The notes under the pieces: model-generated
The model's input: the letters and a program-made list of their open reading frames with translations, nothing else
What the model was told of the DNA's origin: nothing
The model's database searches: none
From: an uncultured Aliarcobacter sp.
Lineage (GTDB): Bacteria > Campylobacterota > Campylobacteria > Campylobacterales > Arcobacteraceae
NCBI GenBank assembly: GCA_963677435.1
Contig: OY781945.1
Coordinates: forward strand, 512,001-576,000
Reading direction: 5' to 3'
Length of the DNA stretch: 64,000 bases
Program-made: the position numbers and the translations under genes
Shown here: piece by piece, positions 10,963 through 20,105 of the stretch
How the letters are laid out: the number at the start of each line of letters is the position of its first letter
Position numbering within the stretch: position 1 is the first letter of the stretch

Positions 10963-11787
10963 CTATTGTAATAATCTTAAAACATTTTGTTGAACAGAAT
11001 TCGCTTGACTGATTGCATAAGAACCAGCTTGTGAAATAATGTTTTGTTTGTTAAAGTTTGCAGATTCTGCAGCATAATCAACATCTCTGATGATTGATTC
11101 AGCAGCTTTAACATTTGTTGACATTGTCATTAAGTTTCTTACGGCAGATTCAACTTGATTTTGAGTAGAACCTATAGAACCCCTTTTTGTATTCAGAGTA
11201 TTAATGGCTGTATCAACAGTTCCTTGTAAAGTTGCTGCTGAACCAGTAGTTAATGTAGAAATACTACTTAAACTACTTAAACCATAAGCTGAAGCAGAAG
11301 AATTTACAGCGGCTAATGTAATTTTACCTTTTGTTGAATCTTCACCAACTTGGAAATCTAAAGCTTTAGCACTTGAAGATATCAAATCTGTACCATTATA
11401 GTTAGTAGATTTAGCAATATTATCAAATTGAGTCATTAATTTAGCAACATCACTTGCAATTGCATTTCTACCTGCAGTAGAAGTTGTTGCTGTATTTGCT
11501 TGAATTAATTTCGCTTTAACTGTATCAAGAATGTTTGATTGCTCAGCCATTGATTTATCAGCAATTTGAAGTAAAGTAACAGCTGAATTACCATTTGCAA
11601 TACCTTGATTAATAGAAGTCGCTTGAGTTCTAAGTTTATCAGCAATTGCTAAACCAGAAGCATCATCAGAAGCTTTATTAATTCTTAAACCTGTTGATAA
11701 CTTTTCTAATGAAGAAGTTAAAGTTTTACTTGTATTTTGCGCTGCTTCTTGAGCAGTTAATGATGAAACGTTTGTATTGATTCTCAT
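10963..11787 (-). CDS. flaA: Flagellin (short, 274 aa)
   Basis: MRINTNVSSL, LSTGLRINKASDDASGLAIA, AAESIIRDVDYAAES, NVLRLLQ. The flaA vs flaB assignment is uncertain. Confidence 0.95.
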   Translation of the reverse strand: MRINTNVSSLTAQEAAQNTSKTLTSSLEKLSTGLRINKASDDASGLAIADKLRTQATSINQGIANGNSAVTLLQIADKSMAEQSNILDTVKAKLIQANTATTSTAGRNAIASDVAKLMTQFDNIAKSTNYNGTDLISSSAKALDFQVGEDSTKGKITLAAVNSSASAYGLSSLSSISTLTTGSAATLQGTVDTAINTLNTKRGSIGSTQNQVESAVRNLMTMSTNVKAAESIIRDVDYAAESANFNKQNIISQAGSYAISQANSVQQNVLRLLQ

Positions 11788-11910
11788 AATAAATCCTTTT
11801 AATTATGACACATTGTGATTTGACTCACAGCCTGTGACCTTCTTGCTTCTTTTTCAAGTCCCAAGCATAGAGAGGAAAGGTTTTTCTTCTCTTCGGAATC
11901 CATCGACCCC
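11788..11910 (-). promoter_or_regulatory. Structured flagellin 5' leader (candidate cis-regulatory RNA)
   Basis: GC-enriched, several hairpins, AUGGA and AAGGA motifs, candidate -10 TATAAA at 11916-11921. Confidence 0.55.
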
Positions 11911-11960
11911 TAATCTTTATATTGAAATTATTGCACACCATTTCTTAAAATTAGATTAAT

Positions 11961-13085
11961 TTAACTAATCTTTTTTAAAATCACACCACTTTCTATATGA
12001 TTTGTATATGCAAATTGATCAAACAGTGCAAATCGCACGATTTCATGGGTTTTTGTTAACTCTGATAAATCTCTGTGTAATGTCTCTGGATTACATGAAA
12101 TATATATAATTTGTTCAAAATCTTTTGCTAATGCTCTAGTTGTATCATCAAGTCCAGCTCGTGGTGGATCCATGAATATGGTATCGAAGTTATAATCTTT
12201 TAGATTTATATCTTTTAATCTATTAAAAACTCTTACTTCTTGAAGCCCTTGTACAAACTCTTCCGCACTCATTCTAATAAAACCTATATTTGTAATATTG
12301 TTTAATTCACAGTTTTTCAAAGCTGATTTTATAGATGTTTTTGAAATTTCGGTTGCTAGTACTTTATTAAATTTAGTTGATAATGGAATTGTAAAATTCC
12401 CACCACCACAATAAAGTTCACATAAATCTTTTGAAGAGTTTTCAATATTATTTAAAACCCATTCAATCATTTGGATATTTACACTTGTGTTTGGTTGGGT
12501 AAACCCACCTTCTTGGTAGGCAAATTTGAATTCTTGATTATTAATAGTTAATGTTTCATTTATTGATTCAGAACTTAGAATTATTTTTTGTTTTCTACTT
12601 CTTCCCATAACTTTGATATTTAGTTTTTTTTCAATTTGTTTTACTAATTCATTCCATTGCTCATCAAGTTTTTTATGATAAATCAAAGTTACAAGCATAT
12701 CATTTGTAGAACTTGTTAGAAATTCAACAGAAAACAGTTTATATGAAAGTATTAAATCTTCCATAAGTAAATCTAAAAGTTTAGGCATAATCTCTTGTAT
12801 ATGAGGACTTACAATTTGACATGAATCTATTTTTAAAATATTTTTCTTAAAATCATTCATTGCATATGATAAAATTTCATTTCCATTTTCATCTTTCTCC
12901 CACCAAATTCTAAATTCAGCACGATTTCTAAAGTTTTTATCACTACTTTTAATAAGATCAAAATCCATAGATGTAAAGTTTGAAAATCTATTTTTTTCTC
13001 TTTTCAGTTTGAAATCTAATTGTTCATCATATGATTTATCAAAAAGTGTACATGAAGCACACATCCCAAAATATTTACAGTTCAT
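11961..13085 (-). CDS. trmA: tRNA (uracil-54-C5)-methyltransferase
   Basis: FRNRAEFRIW, GFTQPN, ELYCGGGNF, MDPPRAGLD, YISCNPETL, FDQFAYTNHIESG. Start moved to MNCKYFG at 13085 (AAGGA RBS). Confidence 0.9.
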   Translation of the reverse strand: MNCKYFGMCASCTLFDKSYDEQLDFKLKREKNRFSNFTSMDFDLIKSSDKNFRNRAEFRIWWEKDENGNEILSYAMNDFKKNILKIDSCQIVSPHIQEIMPKLLDLLMEDLILSYKLFSVEFLTSSTNDMLVTLIYHKKLDEQWNELVKQIEKKLNIKVMGRSRKQKIILSSESINETLTINNQEFKFAYQEGGFTQPNTSVNIQMIEWVLNNIENSSKDLCELYCGGGNFTIPLSTKFNKVLATEISKTSIKSALKNCELNNITNIGFIRMSAEEFVQGLQEVRVFNRLKDINLKDYNFDTIFMDPPRAGLDDTTRALAKDFEQIIYISCNPETLHRDLSELTKTHEIVRFALFDQFAYTNHIESGVILKKIS

Positions 13086-13257
13086 TATTTTCCTTGAAAT
13101 TAGATTCCCTAATTTCAAGGGAACCAATATTTTTTGTCTACCTTTTAAAACACAAAAAAATTTTGTTAAAAGTAGTAAAACTCTAAAGAGTGCAATGAGT
13201 TGCACTTAAGATTTGTTGTTTAATCTGATATTATATTCTATTGTATATAATACGCCC

Positions 13258-14838
13258 ATGAAAGAAAATTGGCAACAACAACTACAATCACTATTAAATT
13301 GTGATTTAAAAACCTTATATCCATTGGCTCGAAGTCTAAACAGAAAATTAGAATTTTATGTTGGACCTACAAACTCAGGTAAAACCTATAATGCTATGCA
13401 AAAATTAAAAGAGGCAAATTCTGGACTTTATTTAGCACCTTTGCGGCTTTTGGCATTAGAGGGTTATGAAGATTTAAAAGCTTCAAATATAAATGCAAGT
13501 TTAATCACTGGTGAAGAACAAATTTTACATGAAGAAGCAGCACATGTTTGTTCAACTATTGAAATGATAGATTTTGATTTAGATGTGGATGTGGCAGTTA
13601 TTGATGAAGTTCAAATGCTTGATGATAGTGATCGAGGTTGGGCTTGGGTAAATGCAATTATAGGTTGTCCTGCTAAAAGAATTATTATGACAGGAAGCGT
13701 TAATGCACTTGATGCAGTTAAAAGAATAGCTACTTACCTTGATGAAGATTTAGAAATAGTAAAACATCAAAGAAAAAATGAATTGAAAGTTCTTCCAAAA
13801 TGGACATCTTTAGATAAGCTAGAAGATGGAACAGCATTGATTGCCTTTTCAAGAAGAGATGTTTTACAGTTAAAACAAAAACTTCAAAAAAAATATACGG
13901 TTTCAGTAATTTATGGAAATTTATCTCCAGAAGTAAGACGTGATGAAGCTCAAAGATTTAGAGAGAAAAAAAGTCAAATTTTAATTGCAACTGATGCAAT
14001 TGCAATGGGATTAAATCTTCCAATTAAAACCATATTATTTACAACTGATACAAAATTTGATGGGGTTAGTAAAAGAAAAATAACAGTAAATGAAATAGTT
14101 CAAATAGCTGGTCGTGCTGGACGATTTGGACATTTCGAAGCTGGATATTTAGGTGCAACTAGAAGAGATATTTTAGAACATGTAAGACTTGAATTTGATA
14201 GTCCAATAAAAACAATAAAACCACCTTTTAAAGTAAAAATAAACAATAATCAACTTGAAGCCCTAGCAGCTCACATAAAAACCAACTCTTTAACAAAAGT
14301 ATTAAAGTTTTTTGCTGATAATATGTATTTTTCAGGACCATTTATAGCTGCAAATATTTCATCTATGATTGAAGCTGCAAAAATTGTGGATACAAGATTT
14401 AATCTAAAGCTTGAAGATAAATATCTTTTAGCCCAAGCTCCAATAACAACAAAATCAAATATTATTTTACAAGCTTATGATGCTTATATTGCAAGTGTAA
14501 TTAAGAAAAAAGTTTGTCATTATAAACCATCTATTACACTACCAAAAAAAGCAATAACACAAAGGGATTTACTTTTAGTTGAAGATGAGGTTAAAAAAAT
14601 ATCTTTATATTTATGGCTTTCATATAAACTCCCTGATCTTTTCCCTGATCATGATAAAGCATATATTTTAAGAAACTCTTTTAATTCTTTTATTGAGAAA
14701 TCTTTAAAAGGGAATTTAATAGAAGAAGAAAGTACAAAAAAAACTTTTTCAAGGCCTTTTCCTCGAAAAGAAAATGAGACTAAAGAATCAGCAAAGCATA
14801 AAAAAGATTATAGACCAAGAAGGCGAAAAACAATTTAA
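13258..14838 (+). CDS. Suv3-like SF2 RNA helicase
   Basis: VGPTNSGKT, YLAPLRLLALE, IDEVQM, ATDAIAMGLN, QIAGRAGR. Start at ATG 13258. Confidence 0.88.
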   Translation: MKENWQQQLQSLLNCDLKTLYPLARSLNRKLEFYVGPTNSGKTYNAMQKLKEANSGLYLAPLRLLALEGYEDLKASNINASLITGEEQILHEEAAHVCSTIEMIDFDLDVDVAVIDEVQMLDDSDRGWAWVNAIIGCPAKRIIMTGSVNALDAVKRIATYLDEDLEIVKHQRKNELKVLPKWTSLDKLEDGTALIAFSRRDVLQLKQKLQKKYTVSVIYGNLSPEVRRDEAQRFREKKSQILIATDAIAMGLNLPIKTILFTTDTKFDGVSKRKITVNEIVQIAGRAGRFGHFEAGYLGATRRDILEHVRLEFDSPIKTIKPPFKVKINNNQLEALAAHIKTNSLTKVLKFFADNMYFSGPFIAANISSMIEAAKIVDTRFNLKLEDKYLLAQAPITTKSNIILQAYDAYIASVIKKKVCHYKPSITLPKKAITQRDLLLVEDEVKKISLYLWLSYKLPDLFPDHDKAYILRNSFNSFIEKSLKGNLIEEESTKKTFSRPFPRKENETKESAKHKKDYRPRRRKTI

Positions 14839-14900
14839 TAAAAAATTAGCTAAAATTATAGACTTTCAAAGCCCTAAAATATGTACAAGGATTTAATATC

Positions 14901-16835
14901 GTGTTTGGATTTTTTAAAATCAATGAAGATTTATTTTATAAAGAATTATTATCAGATAATGTTGATGCTAATAAAATTCAAAAATACATAAATAAAGGTA
15001 TTAATTTAAATAAAAGAGATGAAAAAGGTAAAACTATACTTTTTACATTAGTAGCAAGAAAAAGACTTGAAGCTATAAAAATTTTATTAAAAAATGGTGC
15101 AGATTTAACCATAGAAGATAATTTTAGAAAAACAGTTTTAGATGATGCAATTGAGAAATCAGATGGAGTTATGATTCGTTTTTTATTAGATAATGGATAT
15201 TCAATAAATCATAAAAATAGTGCAGGTCGAACAGTATTCCAAGATGTTGCTTTTGTAGGTAATAACAAAGTTTTTCAAATTCTTATGAATTATAATGCAG
15301 ATTTTAATCAAAAAGATAACTATGGAAAAACAGTATTATTTGATGCTGTTCAAGGTGGAAATCTTACAATTCTAAAAGATATTATAAATAATACTAGTAC
15401 TTTAAATGTTTTAGATGAAAATCATCAAACAGCTCTTTTTGCAGCTGTTTTAAAAGATGATATTTCATTAGCAATGGAGTTAGTTTTACATGGAATTAAT
15501 GTTAATTTTTTAGATAAAGATGGGCAAAATGTTCTTTTTAATGCAATTTTACAAGGTTCTAAAAATATTCCATTAATTGAATTACTTATTAAAAAAGGCA
15601 TTAATTTAAATGTTGTTGATAATTTCAATAAAAATATAATTGATGAATTATTATATGTTTCAGGTTTACAAAAAGATCCTCCAAAAGAGATAGAGGGTAA
15701 ATATAAACTTGTAACAGCTGAAAAAGAGTATATGCCAATTGCACAATTATTTATAGACAAAGGTATTGAAATTGATAAAATTGATAGTGAAGGGAAAACA
15801 ACACTTCAAAGGGAAGTTGAAAAAAAGAATTTCTCAAATATAGAGTTTTTATTAGATTGTGGTGCAGATGTAAATATTTGTGATGAATTTGAAAAGAATT
15901 TGATTCATCAAGAGATATTAAAAGGTTACTCGAATTTTAGAATGATTGACTTTTTAATGGCTCATGGAGCAAATATTGATGCAAGAGATTTTGATGAAAG
16001 AAGTGTAGTTGATGATATTGTTGAAATAATTGCAGTAATAAAAGGTTTTAAAACAGCCTCTCCTTATTTATCTACTGTTATAAAAGATGATGAAAAATAT
16101 GATGTTTTATTAAAAAAAGTGCTAACTTTTAAACCAGATATTCAAACTCAAAGATTAGATGGAAGTAATATTTTATTTGACATGGTTTTGTATAATGATT
16201 TTGAGACTTTAAAAACGATTATAAATTATGGAATAAATCTTAATATAAAAGATAAAAGAGGTTGTACTCCTTTGATGTTTATGGTTGAAGAGGGCATGAA
16301 AATCAAAGATAAAAAACAAAGAGATATTTTTATTGAAAGATTAATTTACTTTTTGAAATATAGAGTTAATGTTGATGCTAAAGATAATGATGGAAGAACT
16401 GTAATTCATAAAGCTGTAATTGCAAATGATTTACTTGTTGTTGAAAAATTATTAACAAAAAAAGCAGATTTAAGTATAAGAGATATTCATGGCAGAACAG
16501 CACTTCATCATACCCAATGGCATGGAAATTATAAAATTGCAAGATGGTTAATAGCAGCTGGTGCTGATATGAATTTACCAGATAACTCTGGATTTACATT
16601 ATTGAATTATGCAGCTGTTTTTGGACATTTAAGACTTATTATTGCATTAATTGCATCAGGAGTTTTAATGTATAATAAAAATCCAAAAAATAGAAAAGTA
16701 GCACAGTTTTTTAAAGATAGAGAGAGTAAATTAGATAAGTTGTTAACTACAAGTATTGGTGATGATAAAATGGAATTAGCAATAAAAGAGTTAGTTGAAA
16801 ATTTAAAAAATGAAATAAATGAAGTTTTACAGTAA
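14901..16835 (+). CDS. Ankyrin repeat protein
   Basis: Many G(K/R)T.L...A / GADxN..D repeats, e.g. GRTALHHTQW, GADMNLPDNSGFTLLNYAA. Confidence 0.88.
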   Translation: MFGFFKINEDLFYKELLSDNVDANKIQKYINKGINLNKRDEKGKTILFTLVARKRLEAIKILLKNGADLTIEDNFRKTVLDDAIEKSDGVMIRFLLDNGYSINHKNSAGRTVFQDVAFVGNNKVFQILMNYNADFNQKDNYGKTVLFDAVQGGNLTILKDIINNTSTLNVLDENHQTALFAAVLKDDISLAMELVLHGINVNFLDKDGQNVLFNAILQGSKNIPLIELLIKKGINLNVVDNFNKNIIDELLYVSGLQKDPPKEIEGKYKLVTAEKEYMPIAQLFIDKGIEIDKIDSEGKTTLQREVEKKNFSNIEFLLDCGADVNICDEFEKNLIHQEILKGYSNFRMIDFLMAHGANIDARDFDERSVVDDIVEIIAVIKGFKTASPYLSTVIKDDEKYDVLLKKVLTFKPDIQTQRLDGSNILFDMVLYNDFETLKTIINYGINLNIKDKRGCTPLMFMVEEGMKIKDKKQRDIFIERLIYFLKYRVNVDAKDNDGRTVIHKAVIANDLLVVEKLLTKKADLSIRDIHGRTALHHTQWHGNYKIARWLIAAGADMNLPDNSGFTLLNYAAVFGHLRLIIALIASGVLMYNKNPKNRKVAQFFKDRESKLDKLLTTSIGDDKMELAIKELVENLKNEINEVLQ

Positions 16836-16847
16836 GTAAGGAAAAAG

Positions 16848-18143
16848 ATGTTTAATAAATCAATTATAGTTTTAGCAGCAGGTGCAGGTACAAGAATGAA
16901 ATCAGATACTCCAAAGGTATTACACAAGATTTCTGGAAAACCAATGTTATATTATTCAATAAAAGAGGCTTTAAAATTAAGTGATGATATAACAGTAGTT
17001 TTATTTCACCAAGCACAAAGAGTTCAAACTGAAATGGAAAAATATTTTTCAAATATAAATTTTGTAATTCAAGACCATTTAAACTATCCAGGAACTGGTG
17101 GAGCTGTTATGAATATAACTCCAAAATATGAAAAAGTTTTAGTTTTAAATGGAGATATGCCTTTAATTCAATCAAGTGAATTAGAAAAATTTGATATTAA
17201 TGCAACTATTGTAATGTCGGTTTTAGAATTAGATAGTGCAGATGGATATGGAAGAGTAATAATTGAAAATGGAAATGTTAAAAAAATAGTTGAACAAAAA
17301 GATGCTTCAGAAGATGAACTAAAAATCACAACTGCAAATGCGGGGATTTATCAATTTGAAACAAAATTTTTACTTGAAAATCTTCCAAAATTAAATAATA
17401 ACAATGCACAAAAAGAGTATTACATAACTGACTTAGTTGAAATGGCAATAAATCAAAATAAAGTTTTAAAACCACTTGCTGTGAATGTTGAGAATTTTAA
17501 AGGCGTAAACTCAAAAGTTGAATTAGCTGATGCTGAGGTAATTCATCAAAATAGAATCAAAAAAGAGTTTATGAAAGCGGGCGTTATTATGCGATTACCT
17601 GATACTATTTATATAGAAGAGGGTGTAGAAATTGAGGGTGAATCTATTATTGAAAATGGTGTTTCGCTTCTTGGAAATTCAAAAATTATAAATTCTCATA
17701 TCAAAACAAATTCTGTTATTGAAGACTCTATTGTAAAAGATAGTGATGTTGGACCAATGGGACGAATAAGACCCGGAAGTCAATTGAATAAAACTCACAT
17801 TGGAAACTTTGTTGAGACTAAAAAAGCGATTTTAAATGGTGTAAAAGCTGGACATTTATCATATCTTGGAGATTGTTCTATTGATGAGGGAACAAATATA
17901 GGATGTGGAACAATTACTTGTAATTATGATGGGGTAAATAAACATCAAACGATTATTGGGAAAAATGTTTTTGTTGGAAGTGATACTCAATTTGTTGCAC
18001 CTGTAAATATTGAAGATGATGTTCTAATTGGTGCTGGTTCAACTGTAACTGGAAATGTGAAAAAAGGTGAGTTGTATTTAACTAGAGCAAAAGCAAAAAC
18101 TATTGATGGTTACTTTTACAAACATTTTTTAAGTAAAAAGTAA
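16848..18143 (+). CDS. glmU: Bifunctional UDP-GlcNAc pyrophosphorylase/glucosamine-1-P acetyltransferase
   Basis: LAAGAGTRMKS, GYGRV, NNNAQKEYYITD, GNFVETK, CNYDG. Confidence 0.96.
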   Translation: MFNKSIIVLAAGAGTRMKSDTPKVLHKISGKPMLYYSIKEALKLSDDITVVLFHQAQRVQTEMEKYFSNINFVIQDHLNYPGTGGAVMNITPKYEKVLVLNGDMPLIQSSELEKFDINATIVMSVLELDSADGYGRVIIENGNVKKIVEQKDASEDELKITTANAGIYQFETKFLLENLPKLNNNNAQKEYYITDLVEMAINQNKVLKPLAVNVENFKGVNSKVELADAEVIHQNRIKKEFMKAGVIMRLPDTIYIEEGVEIEGESIIENGVSLLGNSKIINSHIKTNSVIEDSIVKDSDVGPMGRIRPGSQLNKTHIGNFVETKKAILNGVKAGHLSYLGDCSIDEGTNIGCGTITCNYDGVNKHQTIIGKNVFVGSDTQFVAPVNIEDDVLIGAGSTVTGNVKKGELYLTRAKAKTIDGYFYKHFLSKK

Positions 18144-18154
18144 AAGATTCTAAA

Positions 18155-19426
18155 ATGTTATTAAAAAACAAAAAAATATTAGTAGGCATTTGTGGCTCAA
18201 TTGCTATTTATAAAGCTTTAGAACTTATAAGACTTTATATAAAAGCTGGTGCACAAGTTAGAGTTATTATGACAGAAGGTGCAAAAAAGTTTATAAATCC
18301 AATCACTTTTGAAGCAATTTCTCAAAACAAAGTTTTAGATGAATCAAGTGAAAATTGGGATAAAAGCCAAGATTATAATCATATAGATATTGGAAAATGG
18401 TCAGATATTTTTGTAATCGCGCCTGCTAGTGCAAACACAATAAATGCTCTAGCAAACGGTTTAGGAAATAATCTACTTTTGCAAACAGCTTTAGCATATC
18501 CACGAATGAAACTAATTGCACCAGCAGCTAATACAAATATGTTAAAAAATCCAATCACACAATCAAGTCTTAAAATGCTAAAACTTTGTAATTATGAGAT
18601 TGTCTCATCAGTTACAAAAGAGTTAGTTTGTAAAGATGTTGGTGATGGGGCAATGGCTGAACCAGCTGATATTTTTGATGTAACCTGTAAAGAGTTACTT
18701 AAAAATGATTATTGGATAAATAGAAAAGTTGTTTTAAGTGGTGGTGGAACAATTGAAAAAATAGATGAAGTTAGATACATCTCAAATTTTTCATCTGGAA
18801 AAATGGCTTCAAATTTGGCTAAGGCTTTATATTATAAAGGTGCAGATGTTTGTTTAGTAAGCACAAGAGGTTATGAAAACTTACCAAAAGATATTCACAT
18901 TATAAAAGTTGAAAGCTCAAATGAAATGTATGAATATTTAGTTGATTCTCTTAGAGTTGCTAAAAAAGGAGTTCTTACAAAACCCACTTTAATGGATAAT
19001 TCAACTCCAACTTTAATTATGAAAAAACCATTTTTATTTATGGTAGCAGCTGTAAGTGATTATCTTCCAGCTTTTCCACAAGATGGAAAATTAAAAAAAG
19101 AGTTACTTGGATCACATTGGAATTTAGAGTTAAAACAAAATATGGATATTCTAAAATCTTTAGAAAAAGATGGGATTATAACTATTGGTTTTAAAGCAGA
19201 AATGGATGAAACAACAGCCTTAAACAGTGCCACAAGAATGTTAGAAAATAAAAATCTTGATGGAGTTTGTTTGAATATTTTAAATGAAGAGAATAGTTTT
19301 GGAAGTGACAATAATAATATAGAATTAATATTTAAAGATAACTCTTATGAGTTTAAAGGTTCAAAATTGGATATTTCATTAAATATTTTAGAAAAATTAG
19401 AAGAAGAGTTTAATAGTTATGAGTGA
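18155..19426 (+). CDS. coaBC: Phosphopantothenoylcysteine decarboxylase/ligase
   Basis: GSIAIYKA, APASANTI, E.IDEVRYISNFSSGKM, AAVSDY, GFKAE. Confidence 0.95.
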   Translation: MLLKNKKILVGICGSIAIYKALELIRLYIKAGAQVRVIMTEGAKKFINPITFEAISQNKVLDESSENWDKSQDYNHIDIGKWSDIFVIAPASANTINALANGLGNNLLLQTALAYPRMKLIAPAANTNMLKNPITQSSLKMLKLCNYEIVSSVTKELVCKDVGDGAMAEPADIFDVTCKELLKNDYWINRKVVLSGGGTIEKIDEVRYISNFSSGKMASNLAKALYYKGADVCLVSTRGYENLPKDIHIIKVESSNEMYEYLVDSLRVAKKGVLTKPTLMDNSTPTLIMKKPFLFMVAAVSDYLPAFPQDGKLKKELLGSHWNLELKQNMDILKSLEKDGIITIGFKAEMDETTALNSATRMLENKNLDGVCLNILNEENSFGSDNNNIELIFKDNSYEFKGSKLDISLNILEKLEEEFNSYE

Positions 19427-20105
19427 TTTAAAAATGCCTAAACATATTGCTATTATTATGGATGGAAATGGCAGATGGGCAACTGATCGAGGATTAAAAA
19501 GAACCGCAGGCCATGAAGAAGGGGCAAAAACTGTACGAGAAATTACTTCATATTGTTCAATAATTGGAATCAAATATCTAACTTTATATGCTTTTTCTAC
19601 TGAAAATTGGGAAAGACCAAAATTAGAAGTTGAATTTTTAATGAAATTACTTGAGCGATATTTGAAAAAAGAGTTAGAAATTTATTTGAAAAATAATATT
19701 AAATTTAAAGCAATTGGAGATTTAAGTAGATTCTCAAAATCCCTACAAAAAACTATATTTGACACAGAAGCTAAAACTTCAAATTGTACTGGATTAACTC
19801 AAGTTCTAGCTTTAAATTATGGTTCAAAAAATGAAATAATAAGAGCTATTAAAAAACTAAATGAGAAAAATCTTGAAGTAAATGAAGAGAATTTAGAATC
19901 TTGTCTTGATACAGCAGGAATGGGTGATGTGGATATTTTAATTCGAACAAGTGGAGAAGTAAGACTTTCAAATTATCTATTATGGCAAAATGCCTATGCT
20001 GAAATGTTTTTTACTCAAACATATTGGCCAGATTTCTCAAAAGCTGAACTTGATGATATTTTAAGTGATTTCTCAAAAAGAGAGAGACGCTTTGGAGCTA
20101 TTTAG
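19419..20105 (+). CDS. uppS: Undecaprenyl diphosphate synthase
   Basis: HIAIIMDGNGRWA, FSTENWERP, IRTSGEVRLSNYLLWQ. Confidence 0.96.
   Translation: MSDLKMPKHIAIIMDGNGRWATDRGLKRTAGHEEGAKTVREITSYCSIIGIKYLTLYAFSTENWERPKLEVEFLMKLLERYLKKELEIYLKNNIKFKAIGDLSRFSKSLQKTIFDTEAKTSNCTGLTQVLALNYGSKNEIIRAIKKLNEKNLEVNEENLESCLDTAGMGDVDILIRTSGEVRLSNYLLWQNAYAEMFFTQTYWPDFSKAELDDILSDFSKRERRFGAI

Noticed and set aside
11820..11910. Flagellin leader considered as a c-di-GMP-I riboswitch, tmRNA 5' end or tRNA
   Set aside because: The GGCAAA...GACGCAAA core is absent, and there is no cloverleaf, T-loop or tmRNA tag and 3' end.
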